The position numbers and the translations under genes are program-made. A DNA stretch of 64,000 bases from Sphyrna mokarran (lineage: Eukaryota), in NCBI GenBank assembly GCA_024679065.1, contig JAGIQG010000009.1, positions 92,008,001-92,072,000 of the forward strand. The letters run 5' to 3'. A model generated the notes under the pieces. It had not been told where the DNA came from. It worked only from the letters and a program-made list of their open reading frames with translations, and did not search any database. This document shows positions 36,681-48,920 of the stretch, one piece after another. The first letter of the stretch is position 1, and every line of letters begins with the position of its first letter.

Positions 36681-38282
36681 ATTCAGAGTCCTATATCTAT
36701 GCCTAACTAATCACACAGCATCACTCTATTTCCATAGATCTGTATGAGTTGCAAACTAATCCCACTGCCCCACCCTGCCTCCATAGCCTTGTATCAATCC
36801 CAGACTAACCCCAAAGCTCTTCTATTTTTTGGCCCCTCTCTCCCATATACACCCCCTCCCCATAGCTTTGTATCAATCCCAGATTAATCCTATGGCTATT
36901 CTATTGAATCCCTGAAATGCGGCCAGGAGTTCAGGTCAGAGTTTCCAGATCACACCATTCCCTCAGCTCATTGTAATGATGCTGTGGTGAGGAAACAGGA
37001 TCTGTTCATGCAGCAGCTGTCTACTTTAGCCATCTTTATAGCAGAGATCTTTATATCAAACCATCAAACAAACCATCTGTACTTTTTAAATTTATTTTTT
37101 CATGGGATGTGAAGGAGTGCATTTGTTGCCTATCCCTAATTGACCTTGAACTGAGTGGCTTGCTAAGGGCATTTCAGAGACTAGTTAAGAGTCAGTCCAA
37201 TTGCTATGGGTCTGGAATCACAGGTAGGGCAGACCAGGTAAGGATAGCAGTTTTCCTTCCCTAAAGAGGCATGAGTGAACCAGATTACAACAATCAATGG
37301 TAGTTTCATGCTCACTATTACTGATACTGGCCTTCAATTCCAGATATTAATTAACTTTTAATTCTTGTTGCCTTTGATCCTTGTCCCAGTGCATTTTTGG
37401 GCCTCTAGATTACTAGCCTAGTGACATTACCATTAGACCAGTGTTTCCATAGTGTAGTAGAGCTGCCAAAGTATTCTCTAAGTACTTATTTGAAAACTGT
37501 AAGTTTGCCACACCCTCCAGTTCTGAAGAAATGTTAACTCTCTCTTTCTGCAACATGCTCGCTGGCTCACTGAGTATTCCAAGTTTTTCTGGGCAGATTT
37601 TTTACATTTCCCAGTTGACAGGTTTGTAGGTGGGGTAGAGTGAGTGATCATAACATTTCTGGGATGCTTGTTGGAGTGTAGCGTGATCTGTATGGAGGAA
37701 TTATACATCCTACCAACTGTCAAGGTGGTGCAAAGGGAAATAAAATAATTCTGGTAGTCAGATGTAAAGGGACAGTACTTCTTTGCACAAAATAAAGCAA
37801 AACCACAAATCTATGGTGAACACAAACAGGTTCCAACCGGGATTCAAAGACAATAGATGCACTCAGGAACCTTCCTTCTGCAGCCTCAGTATATGAGCTC
37901 AGTCTGGTGAATTAATTACCAATCTCCAGAGAGCTTGTATTCAACTGGTCCTACAGGGAAGCCAACCAGTGATTTCCCCACTCCTAGGGGTTACAGCAGG
38001 AAACCTCAGCATCCTGAAAATCCTGACCTCTATTTTTTATTCTAAGCTCTGATTTTGAGCACCCTCAAGTTTCCAGCGCACTCTGTTGGGTTGCAGAGCC
38101 GGCCTCACATATATGAAAAATACAGAGAAGTGACCAATGCACGCATCAGAAACAAAGCCTGGGGACTGCTGAAGGTAGAGGGGTAGATTCTGCACTGTGC
38201 TCTCAGTGTGGGTTTATTCAGTCAGAGGTTAGTGAAACACTGGCAGAAGTTAAAGCACTGGGTCAGTCTTTTTTTAGTTATA

Positions 38283-38462
38283 TCCAATCAAATCCAATCA
38301 GAATCCAATGCAAAGTCTCAACCAGTGAGATATTACGGATCCAACTTGACAAGACAGGCAAGCCTCTTCCTGTCTTGGGCTTGATTGACAGAAACCAAGC
38401 TGACAGGAGCAGGCATTGCATCCCCCTCCAGTGCTTGATTTCATTTGCATCTTAGCCAAAAG
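38283..38462 (-). mobile_element. U2 snRNA-headed short interspersed repeat
   Basis: The minus strand begins CTTTTGGCTAAGAT, a 14/14 match to vertebrate U2 nt 14-27. The body is shared with 9067-9250. Confidence 0.55.
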
Positions 38463-38612
38463 ATACCATTTCAAAAAATTGCTTCAAATGAAGCCTCAGT
38501 GTAACCTCATTGATTTCTATTAAGCCTCTAGAGTGAAGAGTTGATGACTTTTGATCTGCAACAAACAATCACAGTTCTTTTTGGTGTTATAAATACTCCA
38601 GGGAAGTGAATA

Positions 38613-41600
38613 TTTTTTAATTTCAAAATATACTTTATTTATAAAAATCTCAATTAAACTATTGCAAATCTACATGTCTAAAAATTGCAAACAGTGCAGA
38701 ATAAAAACTTTTTTACAGTTCTATACAAATTACAGTCATTACATTTCATAACTTAAAACTATGTACACGCCACAAATTTTACTGTGTGCCGTTATTTCTC
38801 AGATTGGCACACAGTTACGCAGGGCGAGGGTATTCTGCAGTTACCAGGCCCTCGGTCTGCCTTATAGTGTGGCCTTTCCTCATTGTGCCTTTGCGGCGGC
38901 TGCCCCAAGCTTCAGCGCGTCCCTCAGCACATAGTCCTGGACCTTGGAATGTGCCAGTCTGCAACACTCGGTTGAGGACAGTTCTTTCAACTGGAAGATC
39001 AGCAAGTTTCGGGTGGACCAAAGTGCGTCCTTCACTGAGTTGATGACCCTCCAGCAGCAGTTGATACTTGTCTCGGTGTGCATCCCCAGAAACAGTCCGT
39101 AGAGTCCTGTGTCACCGAGCTGCTCGGGATGAACCTCAACAAGTACCATTGCATCTCACTCCAGATCTTCTTTGCAAAGGCATATTCCACAAGGAGGTGT
39201 GCGACCGTCTCATCACCCCTCCCCCCTCCCCCCGCAGCCGCTTCGAGGGCAGCGTGCGGTGCTGTTGAGACCTTGAGCGTGCATAACGGATCTGACGGGC
39301 AGTGCCCTTCTCACCACCAGCCAAGCCAGGTCTTGGTACTTGTTTGTGAGTTCTGGTGATGAGGCATTCCGCCAGATGACACTGACAGTCTGCTCAGGGA
39401 ACCATCCGACAGGATCCGCCATCTCCTTTTCTCTCAGGGCCGCAAGAACATTACACGCTGACCACTGTTTACTCGCCATGTGGTCAAAGGTGTGTTCGTG
39501 GAAAAATTTCTCCACAAAGGACAGGTGCTGCGGTACGGTCTAACTACTCGGAGCGTTCCGCGGCAGTGTGGCCAGACCCATCCTTTGCAATGCTCGGGAC
39601 AAGTAGAACTTCAAAAAGTAGTGGCACTTGCTGTTAGTGTACTGAGGATCTATGCACAGCTTGATGCAGCCAGACACAAAGGTGGCCATCACGATGAGGG
39701 CACCGTTGGGAACGTTTTTCCCTCCGTTCTGTAGAGATTTGTGCATCGCCTCCCTCCAGACATGATCCACCTTTGATCTCCAGATAAACTTAAAGATGGC
39801 CTGCGTCACTGCTGCAGCGCAGGATCTGGGGATAGGCCACACCTGCACCACGTACAACAACACGGACAGCGCCTCGCACCGGATCACCAGGTTTTATCCT
39901 GTCGTGGAGAGGGAACATTGCTCCCACAAGCCCAGTTTCCGCCTGGATTTGCGATGCGCTTGTCCCAGTTTTTGGTGCCTGCCCCTGCCACTCCAAACCA
40001 TATCCCCAGCACCTTCAGGTAATCTGCTCTGACGGTGAAGGGGACAAAGGATTTGTCTGCCTAGTTCCCAAAGAACATGGCCTCGCTTTCACCCTGGTTT
40101 ATTTTGGCTCCCGAGGCCAGCTCGAACTGCTCGCAAACCTGGAGGAGCCTGCGAACAGACGAGGGTCCGAGCAGAAGACAGCCACGTCATCCACGTACAG
40201 AGAGGTTTTGACCTGCGTGCCTCCGCTGCCTGGGATTGTCATCCCTTTGATGCCTGGGTCACTTCTGAGGGCCTCGGCAAAGGGTTCAATGCAACAGACA
40301 AAAAGGACAGAGGAGAGAGGGCAGCCCTGTCTGACTCCAGACCTGATCTGAAATCTCTCTGATTCCCACCCGTTGATTGAAACTGCGCTACTGATGTCTG
40401 TGCAGAGCAGTCAGATCCAATTGCGGATTCCTTCCTCGAAGCCCATTTTGGAGAGCACATCCATCATGTAGCTGTGTGTTATTCTGTCAAACGCCTTCTC
40501 CTGGTCTAGGCTGATGAGGTAGTTATCTACTGCCTGTCCTGCACGTGGACGACCGCATCCCTGAGTAGCGTTAAGTTATCAGAGATCTTCCTGCCGGGTA
40601 CAGCACAGGTTTGATCAGAATGGATTACTGACCCCAGAACAGACTTGACCAGGTTGGCAATGATCTTGGCCAGAATTTTATAATCCATGCTCAATAGTGA
40701 AATGGGTCACCAATTTCTAATTTCTTCCCTTTCCCCTTTTACTTGTAGATGAGGGTAATGAATCCTCATGGATTCTGACATTGTGCCTTTCAGAAGCATA
40801 GCCTTGTATACAGGAGATCTGGTCCCATCAAGTGCCACAACGCCAAATAAAGCTCAGCCGGTAAGCCATTGCTTCCGGGAGTTTTAGCCTTCTGAAAGGA
40901 ATCGATGGCCTTTGCCAGTTCATCCAGAGATACCGGTCTGTCCAGGCTGTCCCACTCGCCGTCATCTAAGACCTGTGTGATAGACAACAGGAAAGACTAG
41001 GAGGCCGTGCTGTCTGTTGGCTTCAGGTCATACAGTCCGGCATAGAAGGATTTGCAGATTCTCAGAATGCCAGACTGTGATGACCTTATGAGCCATATTC
41101 TTCCTTCAAACTGCTGATCACAGAGGTTTCTCTGTGTACCTTCTGGAAGAAGAAATGCAAGCACTTTTCGTCCTGCTCTACGGAGCGGACCCTGGACCGG
41201 AAGATGACTTTGGCAGCCTCCAAGGCAAAGAGCGAGGCTTGCTGGCTCTTCACCTTCTGGAGATCCTCCCTGACATCCACCCCCATCGACTGCAGCTGGT
41301 GCAGTTCCTGCATGCTTTTCTGGAGTCGGGACATTTCCCTGGCCTTCTGAACCCCTTTGCGAATGAAGAACCTTTTGATATTGCCTTTGATAATTTCCCA
41401 CCAGACCGATGGAGACTCAAAGAAGTGTTTCACGGTCCTCCAACCATGGTAACCCTCCTGAGTTCCTTGAGGTTCTGTGGGGTCAACAGTTCTACAGCTT
41501 CCAGGACCTCCTGCCACTTTCTGGTTTCCCTCCAGCTGACACTTGGCCAGCAGAAAGCAGTGATCAGAAATGGACACCGGCTTGATGTCAGTGGGCCTGA

Positions 41601-42250
41601 CTGTGAGTGTGTGGGATACAAATATGAAGTTGGTCCTGGAGCGGATAGACCAGTCTGGCCGTGACCACGTGTACCTGGGCTGGCTTCCGTCTGCTGGGTT
41701 GTGAAGACGTCGAGCAGCTTGGCAACTTTGACCATCTCCAGCTGGGCTCTGGACATAGCGTCCAGTTTATTTTCAGCCCTGCTGGATCAGTTGGCCTTGT
41801 TGATGATGCAGTTGAAATCCCCACCCAGAATGATCAGCCTGGAGGTGGTGAGCAGCAGTGGCAGCTGCTCAAAAACCGCCAGCCGCTCGGTCTTGACAGC
41901 AGGGACATACACATTAATCAACCTGAGAGGGCGGTTTCTGTACGTGACATCTGCTATGAGGAGGAGACCCCCCCCCCAATCACCATAACCACCACCACCA
42001 CCACCTCCCTAACTTCGGAGATGGTTAAGCCACCTCTCCGCAGCAGGTTGCCTAGGCCCGAGGAACGGCAGTCGTTCCCACCTGACCAGATAGATAGTCT
42101 GTGGGACCACACACTCGACCAACGTCTGTAGCTGCTGAGGTGAGGTATCTCACACTCCTGCAGGAAAAGCAGGTCGGCCTTGACATTGGCCAGGCAGGAC
42201 AATGTGGTCACACATCTCAACCCCGTCTTTTACACTTTTTACATTAACTG
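38613..42250 (-). mobile_element. Tx1-type L1 non-LTR retrotransposon ORF2 (APE endonuclease, RT, C-terminal zinc-binding region), frameshifted
   Basis: NVKADLLFLQECEIPH; ILGGDFNCI; ISDHCFL; KTPGSNGLPAELY; GVRQGCPLSP; LYVDDV; DLAWLVVRRALP; C-terminal VQDYVLRDALKLGAAAAKAQ. An A-rich 3' end lies at about 38613. Confidence 0.92.
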
Positions 42251-42400
42251 AAGCAAACTTTACTATCTATTCTGAATCACACACCTAGGATAATGAAATA
42301 CTCCTGGCCAGGGAACTCTCAACATTGTCTCGTGATACTGTCAATCTGATACTCTCAGTGGATATAAAGTGAGACTGAGGGTACATAGTAAACATTCATT

Positions 42401-42619
42401 AAAGTAACAAGCAGCATGTTGTAACACAGGATAGCACATTAATCAGGAGGAAGCTATTATAATAGTAATATAATTCCTCTGCGTCCAGACACGACACTGG
42501 GGAGAAGCAGCTTATCACGTGCAGCAGACCAGGTAACCGGATCCAGTGAGACTGACTGGATGGTTCTGGTCACTGGTTTAGCAAGGAATAGGAAATCTGA
42601 CATCTGCCTTTTGCCACAG
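42401..42619 (-). repeat. left arm of a diverged inverted repeat of about 220 bp (partner 46177-46401)
   Basis: The reverse complement aligns along its length with 46177-46401. The ORF track shows the same pseudo-peptide CGKRQM..KPVTRTI.SVSLD on opposite strands. Confidence 0.85.
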
Positions 42620-42849
42620 TCTATTGAACAGACCTTTAAACATTGGACTGAGGGACACGTGTCCCACAAAGGGCAACATGATCAGCTAATGTTGATTGAG
42701 GGATACGTTTTGACAAGACACGCAGGAGTATTGCCCTCACTGATGTCCAGCCCAGAGGGACACTCTATTGGTGGAGAGGAAATTCTGAGGGACCACTGCA
42801 CTGTTGGATGGCCAGCACAGGGAAACGCTACTTGGTGGAGAGAAGTGGA

Positions 42850-45800
42850 GAACCACAGCAATGACTCTTAACTACCCTCTGAAATAGCCTAGCAAACCAC
42901 TCAGTTGTATCAATTGCTACATAGCCTCAACAAAGAAATGGACCATTGGCCTAAGCACTGGAAAAGACAACAGCAAAACAAACAGCCCTGCCTACTTGTA
43001 AATTTCTCCTTACTAACATCTGGGAGCTAGTGTTAGGATTGGGAGAGTTGTCTCACAGACTAGTCAAGCAACAGCCTGATATAATCATTCTCATAGAATC
43101 ATCCCTTACAGATAACCCTCAGCATCCCAGGATATGTCCTGTCTCACCAGCAGGCAGATCCAGCAGAGGTGGTAGCACAGTTGGAAGTTGCCCTGGGAGT
43201 CCTTAACATTGTCTCTGGACCCCATGAAGTCTCATGGTTTCAAGTCTCATGGGCAAGGGAGCCTCTTACTGGTTACCATGTACTGTCCTCCATCAGCCGA
43301 CGGGTCAGTACTCTTCCATGTCGAACAACACGTGGAGGAAGCAGTAAGGATGGAAAGGGCGTAAAATATACTCTGGGTTGGAGATTTCAATGTCCACCAC
43401 CACGAGTGGCGTAGCAGCAGCACTACTGATCAAGCCGGTCTGATCCTAAAGGATAAAACTGCTGGACCGGGTCTGCAGTAGGTGGTGAAGGAATCAACAA
43501 GAGAAACAACATCCTTGACCTCACCCTTACCACTCTGCCAGCTGCAGATGTATCTGTCCACGATAGTACTGTTAAGAGTGACCACTGCATAGTGCTTGTG
43601 GAAACAAAGTCCCACTTACACATTGAGAATAACCTCCATTGTGTTGTGTGGCACTATCACCGTGCTAAATGGGACAGACTTCGAACCAATCCAGCAACTC
43701 AAGTCTGGGCATCCATGAGGCCCTGTGAACCATCAGCAGTGGTGGAATTGTACTCCACAATCTGCAACCTCATGGCCTGGCATATCCCCCGCTCAACCAT
43801 GACCATCAAACCAGGGGATCAACCTTGGTTCAATGGAGAATTTAGGAGGGCATGACAGGAGCCCCACCAGGCATACCTAAAAATGAAATGTTAATCTGCT
43901 GAAGCTACCAAACAGGACAATTTTCTTGCCAAATGGCAAAAACAGCCAGTAATAGACAGAGCTAGTTGAACCCACATCCAATGGATCAAATCTAAGCTCT
44001 GCAGCCCTTTCACATCCAGTCAGGATTGGTGGTGGACAATAAACAAATCACTGGAGGAGGAAGCTCCACAAATTTCCCCATCTTCAATGATAAAAAAGCT
44101 TAGCACATTGGTGCAAAAGATAGGTTGAACTATTTGCAGCAATCTTCAGCCTGAAGTGACGTGTGGATGATCCGTCTAGGCCTCCTCCAGTAGTGAGAAA
44201 AATCTCAGATGCCAGTCTCCAGCCAATGCAATTCACTCCATGTGATATGAAGAAACAGTTGGAGACACTGGATACTGCAAAGACGATGGGTCTTGATCAT
44301 TTTCTGACAACAGTACTGAAGTCTTGTGCTCCAGGTCTTGCTGTTTCCCTAGCCAAGCTCTTCCAGTACAGTTACAACACTGGCATTTACCTAACTATGT
44401 GGAAAATTGCCCAGGTATGTCCTGTACACAAAAAGCAGGACAAATCCCGCCTGGCCAATCATCAGTAAAGAGCAAAGAACAAAGAACAAAACAGCACAGG
44501 AAACAGGCCCTTCAGCCCAACGAGCCCGTGCCGTCACCTCAATGTTCCCACCTCTACCCATGATCCCTGTCTATGTTTATAGATCTATGGATTGAAACCA
44601 AATTTGAGACAATTTAGGGAGAATTTGTTCTGCCAATCTATCGATAAGGTTGTTAAGAAGGCATACGGAGTCTTAGCTTTTATTGGTAGGGGGACTGAAT
44701 TTCGGAGCCGCAACGTCATGTTGCAACTGTACAAAACTCTAGTGCGGCCGCACTTGGAGTATTGTGTACAGTTCTGGTCCCCGCATTATAAGAAAGATGT
44801 GGAGGCATTGGAGAGGGTACAGAGGAGGTTTACCAGGATGTTGCCTGGTATGGAGGGCAGGTCTTATGAAGAGAGGCTGAGGGATTTGAGGTTGTTTTTG
44901 TTAGAAAGAAGGCGGCTAAGAGGAGACCTTATTGAAACATATAAGATGATTAGAGGTTTAGATAGGGTGGACAGTGATAGCCTTTTTCCTAGGATGGAGA
45001 AAGCTAGCACGAGGGGACATAGCTTTAAATTAAGGGGTGATAGTTATAGGACGGATGTCAGAGGTAGGTTCTTTACCCAGAGGGTGGTTAGGGAGTGGAA
45101 TGCCCTGCCTGCAGCAGTTGTAGATGCGCCAAGTTTGGTGGCGTTTAAGAGGTTAGTTGATAAGTATATGGAAGAGAAGGGAATGGTTTAGTTTGGAGGG
45201 GCATTGCTTTTTATATTGGTCGGCGCAACATCGAAGGCCGAAGGGCCTGTTCTGTGCTGTAATGTTCTATGTTCTATGTTCTATCTCTGTAGGAGAGTAA
45301 CTCACCTTCTGACTCCCTGGAGCCTATTTACCATCTACTAGGCACAAGTCAGGAGTGTGATGGAATACTCCCCACTTGCCTGGATGGGTGCAACTCCCAC
45401 AACACTCAAGGAACTTGACACCGTCAGGACAAAGCAGCCTGCTTGATTGGCATCACACCTACAAGCATTCAATCCCTCCACTACCGACACTCAATAGCAG
45501 CAGTGTGTTCTATTTACAAGGTGCACTGCAGCAATTCACCAAAGATCCTGAGACAGAACCTTCCAAACTCATGACCACTTCCATCAAGAAGTTCAAAGGC
45601 AACAAATAAATGAGAACACACCAACTGCAAATTCCCTTCCAAGCCATTCACCATCCTGACTTGGAAATGTAGCGTCTTTCCTTTGCAGTCGCTGGGTCAA
45701 AATCCTGAAATTCCTCACTAACGGCATTGTGAGTCACCCACAGAATATGGACTGCATGTTCAAGAAGGCAACTCACCACCACCTTCTCAAGGGTAGTTAG

Positions 45801-45862
45801 GGATGGGCAATAAATGTTGGTCAGCCAGCAATGCCCATGTTCCAAGAATGAATTTTAAAAAA
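42850..45862 (+). mobile_element. degenerate CR1/L2/jockey-group LINE (APE plus partial RT) with CR1 insertions replacing the RT core
   Basis: VKQQPDIIILIES..IPGYVLS; WVGDFNVHH; SDHCIVLVETKS; LAKLFQYSYNTGIY.TMWKIAQVCPVHKK; AQVRSVMEYSP. An A-rich tail lies at about 45860. Confidence 0.8.
44640..45283 (+). mobile_element. young CR1 LINE 3' fragment
   Basis: Uninterrupted ORF KVVKKAYGVLAFIGRGTEFRS..LYKTLVRPHLEYCVQFWSPHY..; ends in (GTTCTAT)n. Confidence 0.92.
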
Positions 45863-46150
45863 GTACTGAGGCGGTGCTGCAATGTTGGATAGCCAGTGCA
45901 GAGAAAATGCTGCATTAGTGGAGAGGAAGGACTGAGGGAATGCTGCACATTTGGAGGTGCTGTATTTTCAGCAAGATTGTTACACTAAGATTACATCTGT
46001 CCCCTCTGTCAAAGCTCCCTTGCACTATTAAAGAAGAACAGTGTAGTTGTCCGCAGTGTTTCACCAATATTTATCCCTCACCTGATCATGTTGCCCTTTG
46101 TGGAAGCTTGCTGTGCACAAAATGGCTACTGCATATCCCTCATTGCAACT
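45863..46150 (+). mobile_element. Deu-domain SINE (SacSINE1/AmnSINE1-like) fragment
   Basis: ACTGAGGGAATGCTGCAC..TGGAGGTGC; GAAGAACAG..CCAATATTTATCCCTCA; TTTGTGGAAGCTTGCTGTGCACAAAATGGCT. A matching tail fragment lies at about 48970-49075. Confidence 0.7.
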
Positions 46151-46176
46151 TTGATTAGGATTTTAATGTGTACGTT

Positions 46177-46401
46177 CTGCGGTAAAAGGCAGATGACACA
46201 TGCCCTGTTTCCTGATAAACCAGTGACGAGAACCATCCATTCAGTTTCACTGGATCTGGTTATCAGACCTGCTGCACATGATAAGTAGCTTCACTCCAGT
46301 TTAGTGCTCAGATGCAGAGGAGATTATATTACTGTTACAACAGCTTCTCTTCTGGTTAATCAGTGTCCTGTGCTTCTTTACAATATGCTGCTTGTTACTT
46401 T
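46177..46401 (+). repeat. right arm of the inverted repeat (partner 42401-42619)
   Basis: Aligns along its length with the reverse complement of 42401-42619. Confidence 0.85.
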
Positions 46402-47939
46402 CCTGAACATCTGCTGTGTTTCTATAGTCTGTTCTGGTAAGCCATTCAAACAGTATTTGCAAGGGGGTGGGTGGTCTATAGACCAAGTGCTCATGTGATG
46501 GTGGGCTATTAAAAGGCTCATATGGCAGAAGTGTGTGCGTTCTCTGTGGAGAATGAACAGAGTGGGAGCAGCCAAGAACTGCTCAGAGTGTTAAATAAAC
46601 TATCATTGTTTTAAGTCCTTAGTTGCTAGTATTTGGAACCCAGCACTTCTGCCAGGACCCTTTCCAGAGTTGACAGCATCGCAGGACAGCATGATCCCTG
46701 TAGGAGAGGGTTACTGTGATGAGTTGTATTGATTTTTTTTTTGCAGTGTTTTTGACCGGAGATGTTATTTCATGGGTTGGCTGCTATTATTGAAATGCAC
46801 AAACATATTATAATCATTTTTTATTCAATTGTGGGATATGGGCATTGCTGGTTAGCCAACATTTACTACCTATCCCTAGTTGCCCTTGAGAAAGCGGTGA
46901 TGAGTTGCCTTCTTAAAACGTTGCAGTCCCTGTGCTGTGCGTTGATCCGCAAGCCATCAGGGAGGAAGTTCCAGGATTTTGACTCAGCAGTTGCAAAGGA
47001 ATGATGATATATTTCCAAGTCAGGATGATGAGTGGCTTGGAGGGGAACTTGCAGGTGGTGGTGCTCCCATTTATTTGCTGCCCTTGTCCTTCTAAATGGA
47101 AATGGTCATGGTTGGAAGGTGCTGTCTAAGGCACTTTGGTGAATTTCCCACTGAGATGGGATGTCTTGGAACTGTAATTTGCAAGGGGAGAGAAAGGAAA
47201 GTGAGGGGAGGAGGAGAGGATTGGGAAAGGCAATGGGATTTAAAGTATGGAACAAAAATGAAAAGACGGTGGAATTGGGAATTGAATGCAAATGTAGAAA
47301 GGCAAGGAGAAAGATTTTGAACAATACAGGGGCCCTTTTCTGGGTGGATGTTTGTTTTAGTTTTCTTTTTCGTTTTATCATGTAATGAACCAGGTTTTAG
47401 CTTTGCCTCCTGGACATTAACGTCAACTTGGCTAAGGAACACAAAAGGAAACTTAGCTGAAGTGAGTTCTTTTTGTGCAGGTTGTTGTTTAATAACACAA
47501 GAAAATTACAGCAAGATTTTTTTTCCTGAATACTCTTCTCCTGCTCTCCTGCATGGGCTAGCACTTATTGCCAATCCTTAATTATCCTTGAGTGCACCTC
47601 AGAGGGCAGAGACCATTTGAAAAGTCAACTACATTGCTGTGGATCAGGAGTTACATGGAAGCTGGTCAGGTAGAGGACATAGGTGAATCAGGTGGGTTTT
47701 TATGACAATTGACAATAATTTCATGGTGCAGTGGTTAGCACTGCTGCCTCACAGCACCAGGGACCCGGGTTCGATTCCTATGTGGAGTTTACACATTTTC
47801 CTCGTGTCTGTGTGGGTGCCCTACAGGTGCTCCAGCTTCCTCCACGATAGAAAGACGTGCAGTTTATATGGATTAGCCATGCTAAATTTCCCTTAGTTTC
47901 CCAATATGTATAGGTGAGGAGGAATGGCCTTTATAATTT

Positions 47940-48295
47940 TTTTATCATTCATTCATGGGACATGGGTGTTGCTGGCTGGCCAACATTTATTACCCATTCA
48001 TAGTTGCCCAAGGACAGCTGAGCATCAACCACATTGCTGTGGTTCTGGAGTCACATGTAGATCAGACCAGGTAAGCTCAGCAGGTTCCTTTCCCTAGAAG
48101 ACATTATTGAACCAGATGGGTTTTTTGGACAATTGACAATAGTCTCATGGTCATCATGGATTCTTAATTCCAGACATTTTTCATTAAAATCACATTCCAT
48201 CAGCTGCTGTGGCATGATTCGAACCAAGATCAAGTATTAGCTGAATTTCTGGATTAACAATCTAGCGATAATACCACTAAGCCATTGCCTCCCCT
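47940..48295 (-). mobile_element. tRNA-derived SINE (same family as 35493-35860)
   Basis: The reverse complement starts GGGGAGGCAATGGCTTAGTGGTATTATCGCTAGA and has the shared tail. Confidence 0.82.
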
Positions 48296-48522
48296 TGTAG
48301 ATTACCCCTTAGTTTGTCTGTGCAAGAAAGTGAATGAGTGTGACTCTGTTTGATGCGATAAAATGCCCCTCAAATTAAAAGCATCTGGTGACAGATTAGC
48401 GAGCTGTCTTAGGAATAACATTTGCCGAAACAAATGAAGGTCTGACATATGCAGGTGCAGAAAGATTGAGAGAGAGAGAGAGACAGAGATGCAACATATC
48501 CTCATATTGAAAATTAGCATAT

Positions 48523-48594
48523 CGCAGAGTGGTGCAGCAGAAGCATGCTGGGCCCATAACCCAGAGGCTGATGAATCAAAACCGTTCCCTGCTA
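48523..48594 (+). pseudogene. initiator tRNA-Met (CAT) pseudogene
   Basis: 72-nt colinear match to vertebrate tRNA-iMet, with GCTGGGCCCATAACCCAGAGG intact. It carries about 10 substitutions, several of the CpG-decay type. A1 is lost, the acceptor stem is mispaired and the B-box is mutated (GAATCAAAACC). Confidence 0.85.
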
Positions 48595-48597
48595 TTA

Positions 48598-48920
48598 GGG
48601 GCAGCATGGTGGCACAGTGGTTAGCCCTGCTGCCTCACAGCACCAGGGACCCAGGGTTTGATTCCCAGCTTGGGTCACTGTCTGTGTGGAATCTACATGT
48701 TCTCCCTGTGTCTGTGTGGGTTTCCTCTGGGTGCTCCAGCCTCTCCCACACTCCTAAGATGTGCAGGTTAGGTAAATTGACCATGCTTAGTGTCACAGGG
48801 ACTGGCTAGGGTAGATGCATGATAGATTCATGGGATGTTGCAGGGATAGGGCCTGGATGGCATTGTGGTCAATGCAGACTCGATGGGCCAAATGGCCTCA
48901 TTCTGCACTATAGGATTCCA
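48598..48920 (+). mobile_element. full-length tRNA-derived SINE (HE1/V-SINE-like)
   Basis: GGGCAGCATGGTGGCACAGTGGTTAGCCCTGCTGCCTCACAGCACCAGGGACC, followed by a CR1-like tail. Further copies at about 47725, 55080-55400 (minus), 55900-56190, 57245-57440 (minus), 57700-57955, 60463-60740 and 61840-61995 (minus). Confidence 0.85.

Noticed and set aside
38176-38232. FCTVLSVWVYSVR + G|gttagt as the class I leader exon
   Set aside because: There is an in-frame TAG at 38176-38178 and no ATG, and it lies 13.6 kb from alpha1.
41134-42131. Long plus-strand ORFs (176 aa and 156 aa)
   Set aside because: They are antisense shadows of the GC-rich Tx1 ORF2.
46415-46650. Solo LTR (TATA-like CTATTAAAAGG, AATAAA)
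   Set aside because: There is no second copy, no clear TG..CA ends with a TSD, and no adjacent internal sequence.
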